Below, piece after piece: positions 8,672-17,884 of a stretch of 60,111 bases of DNA; the first letter of the stretch is position 1, and the number at the start of each line of letters is the position of its first letter. A program made the position numbers and the translations under genes. The notes below the pieces were generated by a model. The model saw only the letters and a program-made list of their open reading frames with translations, had not been told where the DNA came from and did not search any database. The stretch comes from a virus (taxonomy: Duplodnaviria; Caudoviricetes), in the IMG/VR virus record IMGVR_UViG_3300013126_000034, positions 1 to 60,111 of that record; one strand, 5' to 3'.

Positions 8672-9092
8672 GGGGGATCTTGTATCCACGCTTGTTGGTT
8701 CGAAGGTACTTAATCGCGGCGCGGAGGACACGAATCTTGTCCTTGGCCATGCCAAGGAGAGTGTTGCAGTGCTGGCAAAGTGCCCCGCGGACGCGCTTGT
8801 TGCGGTGGGAGTGGTCCACCATGAGTGGCCGCTGGAGGGTCTGTTCGTGGACGCCGCAGATCATGCACCGAAAGTTTTCCTTGGCCCGAATGGCGTGCCA
8901 CTGCTGGCGGGTGATGCCGTACCGGTTCCGGAGGTTGTCGCCCATCCGGTCCCGGGAGTACTTCCGGTGGCACTCTTTGCACCGCGTTCCGACATACTTT
9001 TTTCCGCCTCGGGCCTCCCGGCAGGCGTAGAACTCCGCAATCGGTTTCTCGACGCCGCAGTGCGGGCAGATCTTAGTCGCGGTATCCGCCAC
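8646..9092 (-). mobile_element. Endonuclease VII-family (His-Me) free-standing homing endonuclease
   Basis: GTG at 9092 after AAGGAG. CPHC..CKEC zinc ribbon, RYGIT, CMICG, LMVDHSH...VRGALCQHCNTLLG...AAIKYL. Confidence 0.85.
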
Positions 9093-9249
9093 CGTTCTCC
9101 TTGTAACGTTTGGCCAGCATCTGTGCCTTCCTCGCGGACCACTGGCCCGGGCGACCGCCCTTGCCACCGGCCTTAATCGAGTTGAACAGACGCTTCCGCA
9201 TCGCGGGCTTGGTGTACACCTTCGCTGAGTTAACTGTGGATTTGGTCAT
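9073..9249 (-). CDS. Small basic protein (DUF5872-like, N-terminal half)
   Basis: YTKPAMRKRLFNSIKAGGKGGRPGQWSARKAQMLAKRYKENGGGY. Start MTK at 9249 is ATGA-coupled. Confidence 0.7.
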   Translation of the reverse strand: MTKSTVNSAKVYTKPAMRKRLFNSIKAGGKGGRPGQWSARKAQMLAKRYKENGGGYRD

Positions 9250-9830
9250 TTTTGGGGGAGAGAATCGAGCCACGTCTGCAGCTTCTCCTTGAGCTGCGTG
9301 GGCGTGCCGTCGTTGAGAATCGTGGCGTCCGCGTCTTTGGCCGTCACGGCGGTGTTGTCGTCGGTCGGCGGGCTCCCGGGCCGTTCGATCCAGAACACCA
9401 CGAGCGGAACGTTCAGCCAGCGCAGCACCTGCCGAATCTCGTCCAGCTCCTCGCGACGACGGACCCCGTCGATGAGACGGATGCCCATCAGGTACAGCGA
9501 GCGGAAGAGCGTGCTGGGACTGCGGAAGTAGACGCCCGGGCCGGTTGGGCCGCCGGGGACAACGGACAGGGTTTCAGTCTTCCCGCAGAGGTAGTCGCCG
9601 AACTCAACGAGCATCGGGCGGGCCTCCTCCTTCTCCATCGCACGCAGCTCGGCCTCGGTCATCTTGAGGCGCTTCGCGAGCAGGGGGTAGATGACATCGC
9701 TGCACGAGGCACCGGGCTGGCCCACGATCTCGGAGAGAATCTTCCGAGCGGTGGTCTTACCGTGGCGCGGCGGACCGATGAACAGGACGACGGCTGGGTT
9801 ACCAGTAGTGTTTTGGGCAGTACTCATCAC
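9246..9830 (-). CDS. P-loop kinase, deoxynucleoside monophosphate kinase-like
   Basis: GPPRHGKTT P-loop, RPMLVEFG, IDGVR and ILNDGT motifs. Confidence 0.65.
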   Translation of the reverse strand: MMSTAQNTTGNPAVVLFIGPPRHGKTTARKILSEIVGQPGASCSDVIYPLLAKRLKMTEAELRAMEKEEARPMLVEFGDYLCGKTETLSVVPGGPTGPGVYFRSPSTLFRSLYLMGIRLIDGVRRREELDEIRQVLRWLNVPLVVFWIERPGSPPTDDNTAVTAKDADATILNDGTPTQLKEKLQTWLDSLPQK

Positions 9831-10035
9831 GAATCATGGTCTTGAGTGAAACGAAACAGGTGCAGATACGGCACTGACCGTTCGGCTCCATTTGAGGGCA
9901 AGCCTTGCAGATGTCCAGCCGCTTATCCCGCTCCAGCGCGTCGGCGAGGAACGGGCCTGACTTGTTGAGGCGACGCTTCACCTGACGCTTGAACGCGGCC
10001 CAGAGGCCGCGGAACGTATCGGCGTTGATCCTCAT
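9799..10035 (-). CDS. Small Cys-rich (metal-binding) protein
   Basis: RLDICKACP...QCRICTCF...K...CPKHYW. Start at 10035 is ATGA-coupled. Confidence 0.7.
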   Translation of the reverse strand: MRINADTFRGLWAAFKRQVKRRLNKSGPFLADALERDKRLDICKACPQMEPNGQCRICTCFVSLKTMIRDEYCPKHYW

Positions 10036-10607
10036 CGTCGCCAACAGTGCCCGGGTAATTGGTTGTGGGTCTCCGGGCTGAGGGACGGCGGGGCCTTGAG
10101 CCACACCGCCGTGGCGTTCTCTTGGCCGATCACCGAGCAGGCCATGAGCGCACCCTCATCCTTCGACTTCCTCCCGGCCCGGAACGTGAACCCAATCTGC
10201 TTTGCTGACTCGCGACAAGAACCGCAGCCCTGACGCCAGTCCTCGTTCAGCGGGCACTTCGCGCAGATCGCTGCCCGCCGGTCCGCTTCCGGCTGCTCGA
10301 CGAACGCGAACTCGATCGCGATCGACCGGCTGCTTTGGTAGAGGTGCGCGATCCACGCCGTGACCTTTGAGGCGAGAGTCGGTTTTGATCCTTGGATGGG
10401 GAGAGTTGGGCTGGTGCAAAAGTGGGGATGGTTGTTGCAGACATAGTCAAAGACTTCGCGAAGAGGGTTGCCGACCGGGAGCTTGTTGTTGACGCGGTAC
10501 TGGAGGACAGCGTCCGCGAGAGCCTGATAGCCGTGGCTCTCGATGCGGTGTTCGCCTTCCATGAAGTGGAAGCCGCCCGGCGGGATGATGTGCTCCTTGG
10601 GGATCAC
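10032..10607 (-). CDS. Cys-rich hypothetical protein
   Basis: GTG at 10607 overlaps the upstream TGA. RRAAICAKCP, CGSC, C-terminal HCW, similar to the neighbouring Cys motif. Confidence 0.65.
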   Translation of the reverse strand: MIPKEHIIPPGGFHFMEGEHRIESHGYQALADAVLQYRVNNKLPVGNPLREVFDYVCNNHPHFCTSPTLPIQGSKPTLASKVTAWIAHLYQSSRSIAIEFAFVEQPEADRRAAICAKCPLNEDWRQGCGSCRESAKQIGFTFRAGRKSKDEGALMACSVIGQENATAVWLKAPPSLSPETHNQLPGHCWRR

Positions 10608-10954
10608 TTGAACAGTCGATCCACGATGGCGTCCGGGTAGTACGGGCGCGAGCCACGGTAGCTGATCGTGTACGGGGTACCGTTGACGAAGACATTGCGG
10701 AACGTAGCTTTCCCGCTCGGCTTGCACTTGCCCGTGTGGGACACGACGGCGAAACGCTCGGCGAGCGCGATGGCCTTGCGGAGTGAATACGTCCGAGGGT
10801 AGATGTGACGCGTAGTGAAATCACCGGCGGGGTCGTAGGCGTACGGCGGTGCGCCAAAAGAGACGCACAAGTCCCAGATGCGCAAAGCGAGGGCACGAAT
10901 AAAGCGGCTCATGTGGCGTATTAGAACACAGATACTGAGTATTGAAAAGCTCAT
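10604..10954 (-). CDS. Hypothetical protein
   Basis: Fills the operon. Start is either 10954 (ATGA overlap) or 10912. Confidence 0.5.
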   Translation of the reverse strand: MSFSILSICVLIRHMSRFIRALALRIWDLCVSFGAPPYAYDPAGDFTTRHIYPRTYSLRKAIALAERFAVVSHTGKCKPSGKATFRNVFVNGTPYTISYRGSRPYYPDAIVDRLFK

Positions 10955-12528
10955 TTGTAGGTTGGGGTCTTGGTGCGCCAGTCTTCTTCCTGACCACCGT
11001 ATTTGTCCAGCCACTCCGACAGGAGCTTACGGTTGTGCGTGTTGCCCGGCGAGGTGCGGTTGGCGATCCAGTAGCTCGTGTGCCACTCGTGCCAAATGGC
11101 GTGCTTCAGTTCGCAGCCCGTGACGTGCGCGTTCCGGCGAATGAGGTTCCGCATCACGTTGTCCCACGACTCACGGCCCATCAGCATGTCTGGAAATAAG
11201 CCGCCGTGCTGTTTCCACCACGACACGGAGAACGCGTACAGGTCGCACCCGCTGTACCACTGGGCTCGGCGGATGTCGTACTCGTCCTTCGGCAGGCGGA
11301 TGGTCAGCGGGTGGTGGTAGTCCCATCGGTGCGCGTACGCGGCACCATGACGCTGCACCGTCTCCAAGATCTGACCCGTCAGTCCGCCCGCGAATCCAAT
11401 GTCGTCGTTGCAAAGAACGATTATGGAGTCATCGCCCTTGGCCTCGGACACGGCCTGATCGATCAGGTCGCGGATGTACGGCACCGGCTTGTCCGCGATG
11501 TCGCGCCCGTCGCGCTTGGCCTCGAAACGAATCTCACGCCACGGGCCGTTCTGGAACTCCAGCTTCCGGGCGGCGACGGAACGGCCAATTCGAGTCGCTG
11601 TTTTGTCGCCGTCCACGGGTCCGTAATTCGTGACGAAGAGAAGCTCCGGCAGCGTGCCCTTCGTCACCGCGTGGGCGATCTCGTTCACACGCTGCACGGC
11701 CTCGCTGTAAAAGCACCGCAGCACCTGATGCGTCCGCCACGCGGCCCAGCCGAATTCGGGGTGATGATCCGGCAGCAGGGCCACGGTCTTCATCCTCGGC
11801 ACGGCTGCAGCCAGATGCAGCGGGAACGAATCGATGGTGACGAGCCCCACGGCCTTCTCGTAGAAGGCCAAGAGGTCGTACGGGTGCTTGCTGCGGTAGG
11901 CACTAACGTTTTCGACCTGATAATCCGGCAGCGCAGCCTTGAGCAGCTCGAAGAACTCAGGAGCCTGCTTGAACGGAGCGGTCCACCCCGCGCCCGAGAA
12001 AAGAACCAGCGGCTTCGTGATGGGGCCGAGTTGCTCCAAGAGCTTCGACTCGGCCTCCGCGTCACGCTGGTCGAACACCAGCTCCGGACGCTCGAACGGC
12101 AGGTCGGTGCCGGAACGCTTCCAGATTTCCCGGCTGAAGGATCGCATGTCGAACGCGTTGTTCACACCGGACCCGTGCACGGAGCAGTCGATGATCGGGT
12201 ACCCCTGAAACTTCTTCGCGAGAAAAGCCTTCGCCTCGGCCACCTGATCGAACTTGCCGTCGAAGAGAATGGGCTCGACGTAGCTCACGCCCTCCAAGAG
12301 CGGCGCGAACTCCTTCGCGAGGCACAGCCTCGCGGGACGGTTGTGCTTCCCGGAGTAGTGCCTGAGGACGGGGAGCAGGATGGTGATATCCCCGTTGCGA
12401 CCCAGCATCAAATAGATGTCAGTCGAGGTACTGGAAACGGTTCGTTGCATCGGTGCGTGGCTTGAAACGATTGAGGGCCTCGTCGGACCCGGAGCCTTTC
12501 TCTGCGGTGCCCACGGGACCAGCGACAT
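10951..12528 (-). CDS. Two-domain glycosyltransferase (GT9/heptosyltransferase-like plus GT-A-like)
   Basis: LGRNGDI and TIDSFPLHLAAA (GT9-like), then VLCNDD, ESWDN and WHEWH (GT-A-like). The true start may be near 12450. Confidence 0.7.
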   Translation of the reverse strand: MSLVPWAPQRKAPGPTRPSIVSSHAPMQRTVSSTSTDIYLMLGRNGDITILLPVLRHYSGKHNRPARLCLAKEFAPLLEGVSYVEPILFDGKFDQVAEAKAFLAKKFQGYPIIDCSVHGSGVNNAFDMRSFSREIWKRSGTDLPFERPELVFDQRDAEAESKLLEQLGPITKPLVLFSGAGWTAPFKQAPEFFELLKAALPDYQVENVSAYRSKHPYDLLAFYEKAVGLVTIDSFPLHLAAAVPRMKTVALLPDHHPEFGWAAWRTHQVLRCFYSEAVQRVNEIAHAVTKGTLPELLFVTNYGPVDGDKTATRIGRSVAARKLEFQNGPWREIRFEAKRDGRDIADKPVPYIRDLIDQAVSEAKGDDSIIVLCNDDIGFAGGLTGQILETVQRHGAAYAHRWDYHHPLTIRLPKDEYDIRRAQWYSGCDLYAFSVSWWKQHGGLFPDMLMGRESWDNVMRNLIRRNAHVTGCELKHAIWHEWHTSYWIANRTSPGNTHNRKLLSEWLDKYGGQEEDWRTKTPTYK

Positions 12529-14290
12529 TCAATCTTACGCCGTGAATCAGCAGCGTCAGCGAGTCGGCGAAGTCTGGGGACTTGTTGCCGCGAGACTTGT
12601 ACTCCGTCTTCGCCTCCACCTTGATCTTCCCGCGGGCCGAGGTGTTGAACTGCCGGGTCGTGAGTTCGTGGAACAGACGCTCGGTGGGCATCGTGCCCGA
12701 AATCTTGAGGATGCTGTGCTCGAAGAACTTTCTCGTCGCGTACCAAAGCTCCGTGACTAGACGCTCGTAGAGATCGAACGGCGTCTCGGTGTCCTCCGCG
12801 AGAATCTTGATCTCGGACGCGGAGAAGCTGGGGTTCACTCCCTTCACCGGCCCCCACGTGGCCTTGAGGTAGTCGTGCACGCCCGCGCCGTTCACCGTGC
12901 GGTCCACGCAAAGCCACTCCGGGTCCACGCCCGCGTTCTCGCACGTCTCACGAATACTCCTCGCCATCGCCAGCGTCTCCGCCTTCGGCAGCTTGAACTG
13001 CTGGTCCACCTGAATCACGTTCCGACGCAGCGGCCTGCCGTCCTCGCCGACGAATGTTCTCACCTCGCCCTCGGGCTTCTCCTTCGTCGGGCGCATGCGC
13101 CACCCGGACGCGAGGCCGTATCGTCCCACCGTCATCACCGCGTTGTCGTCGCCTTCGAGCGCAATGTCCACGCCCGCGACCGGCGTCGAGCTCACGAAAA
13201 TGAATTCCCCCTGCGCTTCGTTCAGCAGAGTCTGGGGGATGATGACGATGTCCGAACCTTCACGCGGGAACGCGCCACGGGCAAACGTGTAGTAGCCACG
13301 CGTGTTCATCCCGCCCGCGTTCGCGATGATCCGGTCGATACCTGTCTTCGTCTGGAGGCCGGGGTAGATCATCTTCCCCTCCTTCACGTTCTCGGAACGC
13401 ATGCCGTCGAGTCGCACGACGTTCCAGCCTCTGCGACTCTTCCACGTTATGCTGTGGTCCAGATCAAAGTGGCCCCAGCCGTCCTCGGGTTCGCAGCGCA
13501 CACCGCACGCACCGTTTTGGTCCTTGGGGTTGAAAGCCGCGAAAATCTTGAACTGCTCCAGACCGTCGGTGTTCGAGAGAATGTTAGACACGTCCTCCCA
13601 GATGCCCACCGGGATGTCCTCCGCTTCCTCCAGCATGATGCGCAGACGGCTCATGCGGCCCAGAAGAGGGTGGGGCTTTGGGCGCGGCTTTACCTTGATG
13701 CCCTGCAGTTTTGCGGGGGCCTTCTTGCCGATGGGAACGATGACCCCGTAGATCCCGGCGTCGCGTTTGTGCGGGTCAAGTGTGATACCCAGACGAATAC
13801 ACTCGCCCGGACTAGCAATCGCAGCCGACTGGTGGAGGTTAACAAGGTGAGAGAAGAGGTTCTTTTCAAGGTGGTCCTCGCTGGGTCCAACCACCTTCAC
13901 GTTCGTGAACTCCGGGTCGCGGAGCCAATCGAGATACAGCCAGACGCCCAACGAGAACGATTTGCCCACCGACGCCGCGCCTATGATCATGAGCTGGCTG
14001 GACTTCCTGATCTCCTGCCACATGAGCTGCACGCTGCCGGGGTGTGGGGAGAAGGTCGCCGCGGGCCAGAGTAGGGCAGCGGTGTCGGCGTACCGTCCTT
14101 GGTCCAACAGCCACTGCCGGAACGTGACCAGAATCTGAATCGCCTCCGCCTCACTGGTCGTTTGGGCGTTCGCCCTCTTGACCTGCAGGATGAGGTCCGC
14201 GGCGGCCTTCTTGTCGTCCTTGTCGTGGAGTTCGTGTGCAACGCGCTGCACCAGATCCGTGACTGCGTCAGTGGTAGCGGCGGTAGTCAT
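12419..14290 (-). CDS. terL: Terminase large subunit
   Basis: Walker A GAASVGKS, Walker B MLEEAE, AAFNP coupling motif, nuclease motifs GVDIALEGDD and SPDFADSL. Confidence 0.9.
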   Translation of the reverse strand: MTTAATTDAVTDLVQRVAHELHDKDDKKAAADLILQVKRANAQTTSEAEAIQILVTFRQWLLDQGRYADTAALLWPAATFSPHPGSVQLMWQEIRKSSQLMIIGAASVGKSFSLGVWLYLDWLRDPEFTNVKVVGPSEDHLEKNLFSHLVNLHQSAAIASPGECIRLGITLDPHKRDAGIYGVIVPIGKKAPAKLQGIKVKPRPKPHPLLGRMSRLRIMLEEAEDIPVGIWEDVSNILSNTDGLEQFKIFAAFNPKDQNGACGVRCEPEDGWGHFDLDHSITWKSRRGWNVVRLDGMRSENVKEGKMIYPGLQTKTGIDRIIANAGGMNTRGYYTFARGAFPREGSDIVIIPQTLLNEAQGEFIFVSSTPVAGVDIALEGDDNAVMTVGRYGLASGWRMRPTKEKPEGEVRTFVGEDGRPLRRNVIQVDQQFKLPKAETLAMARSIRETCENAGVDPEWLCVDRTVNGAGVHDYLKATWGPVKGVNPSFSASEIKILAEDTETPFDLYERLVTELWYATRKFFEHSILKISGTMPTERLFHELTTRQFNTSARGKIKVEAKTEYKSRGNKSPDFADSLTLLIHGVRLNVAGPVGTAEKGSGSDEALNRFKPRTDATNRFQYLD

Positions 14291-14564
14291 CGGGCCGCTA
14301 TGGGCAAAAATTTATAAAAATTTCTGGGTCTACTTAGCCGGTTACGCGAGCGCGGCCCCCCCTCCCGGGGGTGTCCGACCGGCGTGGCGAGCAGCCCACC
14401 ACACGTCTCGACGGCGCGAATACGCGCAGTCCCTAAGCCCACACGCAGGCCGGTTTCGGGCACCTGCGCACAACAAATATTATGTTTAGTCGATGCGTGT
14501 CGTACCGTCGTAAGGGCTTCACCACTACGCGTATCCGCGACTTCGGGACGTGGGGGCGTCGGGC

Positions 14565-15005
14565 TCATGAGACTGCGGGACTACTCCCCTGCCCTGCCGG
14601 AGTGGGGGAGGGCGGCGCGTGAGTTCTTTCAGCGAGGTCCGAACTGGGTGAGGCCAACTCGCTAAGAGCCTCGACAGCGGTCGCCAAATTTGTATTGACG
14701 CCAGCATTACCCGGAGTACGGGTGCGGTACTCGTCGGGAGAAACTTTCCCGTACCCGAAACGTGCGGCGTATTCACGAAGTCGTTGCACCGACTCCAGCG
14801 TCGGCACACGACGACCGCTGATCCAAAGCGAGGGCAAGTCCTCGTCCATGTAACCGTCGAGGTACTGCATCCGCTTTTTCCAACCCACACCCTGCGTGCG
14901 GTTCATCCACGCGACGATCTCGCGCACCTCATCGCGGCGACGCATGGCCTCGACGCGAAAATCAGTTTTGAGTCGTCGAAGCCGGTACGTCTTTTTCGCC
15001 ACCAT
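14565..15005 (-). CDS. Putative HTH DNA-binding protein
   Basis: Basic protein with XRE-like tail LWISGRRVPTLESVQRL. Start uncertain. Confidence 0.45.
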   Translation of the reverse strand: MVAKKTYRLRRLKTDFRVEAMRRRDEVREIVAWMNRTQGVGWKKRMQYLDGYMDEDLPSLWISGRRVPTLESVQRLREYAARFGYGKVSPDEYRTRTPGNAGVNTNLATAVEALSELASPSSDLAERTHAPPSPTPAGQGSSPAVS

Positions 15006-15663
15006 CGATATTCGCCTCCTTCGCTCGCTGCGCTTTGCGTGCACGCTTCTCTTCCTCGGCGTGCTCCTGCATCTCGGTGAGTGCGCTGATGACCGAGCGC
15101 ACGCTGAGGACGCTCGCTGCGCCGGTGCCTCGGTCGTTGGAATTAACGGTCTCTGCGGCGGTAGGAATTTTGTCGCCGAGAGCCCGATACGACATGTTCT
15201 GGACCGTTTCCAACGCCTTGGCCAGATCGAGCACGGCCTTCGGATTTACATCGATCCGCTCGACTGCACCGTCCGCAGCGAACTTGAACTTCACCAGTTG
15301 ACGCAGCAACTCCTCGGGGTCGGAAAGAAGTCGTAATGCGTCCTCCAATACATCGCGCATGCGCTGGGCCTGCAGGTAGTTCACCGCACGGTTAGCCACG
15401 CGCTCGGCGTCGCTCTCGCCCGCACCGGTCTTCAGACGCTTCAACTTGGCGACCCAGTTGAAGTCGTGCTCCAGAGCCACAAGGGCGGACAGCGGCACCT
15501 TGGAAGCGATGGCGGTCTTTTCGAGGTCACCCGAGAATGCAGCGTAGCACATCCACGCTCGGGCCTGATCGACCGACTCTAACGAAACCTTGGGCCGACG
15601 AGGAGCCGGACCTTCAGAGGGATCTTCGATCCACGTCGTCAGGGGGTTGGGGGTGTCGTCCAT
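14962..15663 (-). CDS. Putative terminase small subunit
   Basis: First gene of the late module. N-terminal HTH-like segment (DLEKTAIASKVP...W) plus helical body, upstream of terL. Confidence 0.55.
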   Translation of the reverse strand: MDDTPNPLTTWIEDPSEGPAPRRPKVSLESVDQARAWMCYAAFSGDLEKTAIASKVPLSALVALEHDFNWVAKLKRLKTGAGESDAERVANRAVNYLQAQRMRDVLEDALRLLSDPEELLRQLVKFKFAADGAVERIDVNPKAVLDLAKALETVQNMSYRALGDKIPTAAETVNSNDRGTGAASVLSVRSVISALTEMQEHAEEEKRARKAQRAKEANIDGGEKDVPASTTQN

Positions 15664-15699
15664 GTGCAGCAGTGTACGGTATGCGTTTCGGCAATGCCA

Positions 15700-16100
15700 G
15701 AAAGAATCGCGTTTACGGGCCGAGGGGCGAAAAAGCCCACCGACCTACGGACCCACCGTCCCAAAGGCCGTAAAGCCCGCAGGACGAACCGCAGTGGGGC
15801 GGCGGGGCGCAGGGTACAATCCCGCACGAATACCCCTCTAACTCACCGGGAACCTTGTGGCCATAACCTTGTGACAATCCATTACTTACATATATACTAT
15901 TTATTATAATTAAAATAAAAAAGAAATAGAAAAGTCTGGGGGACCGACATCGGCTCCAGAGAGTTTCGGACCCAACCGCCGCCGCCAGCCCCTCTTCCCC
16001 AAAAGTCATTGCTAAAGCTCATATCATCCGTTTTTCCGTAAAGCCCAGACGTTTAACATCGGATTTCTGAAAAGATCATTCAACGCTCGCTCGGAATTCT
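15700..16100. other. Divergent intergenic region with an AT-rich core, candidate replication origin or control region
   Basis: Nearly pure A/T tract at about 15881-15933 in a GC-rich genome. CCGTAAAGCCC at 15768 and 16036, AACCTTGTG at 15851 and 15865. Confidence 0.45.
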
Positions 16101-16158
16101 TCAAAAGATCGAAAAAACCCACTGGACACGCAAACGATTCGACCTACCCCTCGTATCC

Positions 16159-16788
16159 ATGAGCCCAAACGACCCGGCGTTCCACGCCACCAATACACCC
16201 ACCCAGAACGACAACCAACCCGTCACTGGCCGACGTAAGTACGCGCACACTACGAAGTACAAGCCCATGTTCGACGAGGCGCAGGCCCGCGAGATCGTTC
16301 TCTGTCGCATGGACGAGATCAACCGGCCCGGCGGACCTCGCACCCTGAGTGTCTTCGCCAAGACCATGTACGAGTACGGCCTGAGCCGAAAGATCGCTTC
16401 CGTCTCGCTCCTGAGCCGTCTCCTGAGCGGGGAGCTGATCCCCAACCTGACGGACCGCGAGGGGCGACCGATTCGCTGGGACGACGTTCCTCGGGCCACC
16501 CGAGGACGCCGGGCCACGTCGAAGAGCGTGTCGAGCCAGATTCGCGAGCTCCGTCGCCACCTCACGCAGATTTCTCAGGTGCTGCGCGTGGTCTGCGACC
16601 GCATGGGCGTGGACGCCGACCCTTTCCCGGAGAAGGCCACCGAGGCGGAGGACGCCTACGAGCCCGACGACCTGCCGACCCAGAATCCTCCCGTCCCGCA
16701 GGTGAAGTACGTTGACGACCTGCCCGTCATCGTGACACCAGAAGACACGGTCCCGCAGCCCAGCGTCCCGCCGCCCCGCCGGAGTTAA
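16159..16788 (+). CDS. Hypothetical protein, possibly DNA-binding
   Basis: 209-aa ORF with phage-typical codon usage. Basic core (SVSLLSRLLSG, RGRRATSK) and acidic Pro-rich tail. Confidence 0.65.
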   Translation: MSPNDPAFHATNTPTQNDNQPVTGRRKYAHTTKYKPMFDEAQAREIVLCRMDEINRPGGPRTLSVFAKTMYEYGLSRKIASVSLLSRLLSGELIPNLTDREGRPIRWDDVPRATRGRRATSKSVSSQIRELRRHLTQISQVLRVVCDRMGVDADPFPEKATEAEDAYEPDDLPTQNPPVPQVKYVDDLPVIVTPEDTVPQPSVPPPRRS

Positions 16789-16824
16789 ACTTTTCGTTCC
16801 GTAACCACAAAACAAATACAGCAC

Positions 16825-17085
16825 ATGAAAACCAAACGTCCCGTAAATTTCCACAAGACGGTCTTTCGCGCCGAGATTGCGTTCCACGTCCTGCCCAGCG
16901 TTATCGCTCGTCTTGAAAACCGAGACCTCGAGTACGCGGTGTACGACGCGTTTGATGTCGCCGATAACTTCCTCGATCAAGTCGAGTACACTCGCGACCG
17001 CGACGCCAAACTCGACGCCGAGGTGCGGGCCGAAATTAAGCTGGCCGAGAAGCTGGCCGCGCAAAAGAAAAAGGCTCAGTCATGA
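16825..17085 (+). CDS. Hypothetical protein
   Basis: 86 aa after an A/C-rich leader, ATGA-coupled to the next gene. Confidence 0.7.
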   Translation: MKTKRPVNFHKTVFRAEIAFHVLPSVIARLENRDLEYAVYDAFDVADNFLDQVEYTRDRDAKLDAEVRAEIKLAEKLAAQKKKAQS

Positions 17086-17300
17086 GCACCGAAGACAAGA
17101 TTCTCACGCTCCTTCTCCGCGATCTCCGCATCATGCAGGACGCCGAGGACGAGCGCAACGGCGACGCCGCGCCGCAGACCGCACGGCACGCGGCGGACAA
17201 GATCGAGGCCCTGACGGCCCGCCTGCACTGGGCGGAGCGCGACCTCATCGCGGCGAAGGCCGAGCTGCAGCGCATGCGGAAGGAGGTTGTTCTCCCGTGA
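17082..17300 (+). CDS. Hypothetical coiled-coil protein
   Basis: 72 aa with AADKIEAL motif, coupled to both neighbours. Confidence 0.7.
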   Translation: MSTEDKILTLLLRDLRIMQDAEDERNGDAAPQTARHAADKIEALTARLHWAERDLIAAKAELQRMRKEVVLP

Positions 17301-17827
17301 GCACCACACTCGAATCCACCCTCGTCGCGGAGATCGAATCGAAGCGGGCTCCCCGGACGCCGCAGGAGGTGATCGACCGGATGATCCATGTCTTGAACGC
17401 TGCGAACGGGCTGCGGTACGAGATCGCTCGGTTCGGCGACATTGAGCAGCAGCTCGAGGCCCTGCGGCAGAAGACGGAATCGCTCGTCCTGCGGGCCGAG
17501 GAGCTCGGCGATTTTGTGCGCCAGCATTTGTTCGAACCGCGGGTCAACTCGTGTGTCCACGAGACGGAGGAACTGGTGCAGAAAGTGCATCCGCTCGAAC
17601 GCGAGAACGCCGCGCTGCGTAACGAACTGGCGAGGTTGAAGAACCAGACCCAGTGGGAATGCCTTTGCGGAGGCACCGACTGCGAGGGGCAGAAAGAGAA
17701 TGCCGCGCTGCGCAGTCTAGCGCAGGCGATGGCCGAGGAAATGGAGCAGCACGGCGGCGAGATGGCGTTTGACTCGCTGACCAAGTTTCGCGCCAGTTCC
17801 ACAACGCATTCGGTGGCCGCGAGGTGA
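17297..17827 (+). CDS. Coiled-coil protein with WxCxCGGTDCxGQ motif
   Basis: GTG at 17297 (GTGA overlap, AGGAGG upstream). Distal part of ORF 16877..17827. Confidence 0.65.
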   Translation: MSTTLESTLVAEIESKRAPRTPQEVIDRMIHVLNAANGLRYEIARFGDIEQQLEALRQKTESLVLRAEELGDFVRQHLFEPRVNSCVHETEELVQKVHPLERENAALRNELARLKNQTQWECLCGGTDCEGQKENAALRSLAQAMAEEMEQHGGEMAFDSLTKFRASSTTHSVAAR

Positions 17828-17884
17828 CGGAGCGTGCAGGCATGCGCGACCCGGGCGGACCTTGGGCCGCGGAGATCGAGCACC

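Noticed and set aside
8628-9092. Group I intron splitting a DUF5872-like gene
   Set aside because: There is no non-coding space for an intron core, and both flanking halves have their own start and stop.
14287-14568. 93-aa ORF between the terminase genes
   Set aside because: It runs through homopolymer and AT tracts with atypical composition. Treated as probably non-coding, although its start/stop overlaps leave some doubt.
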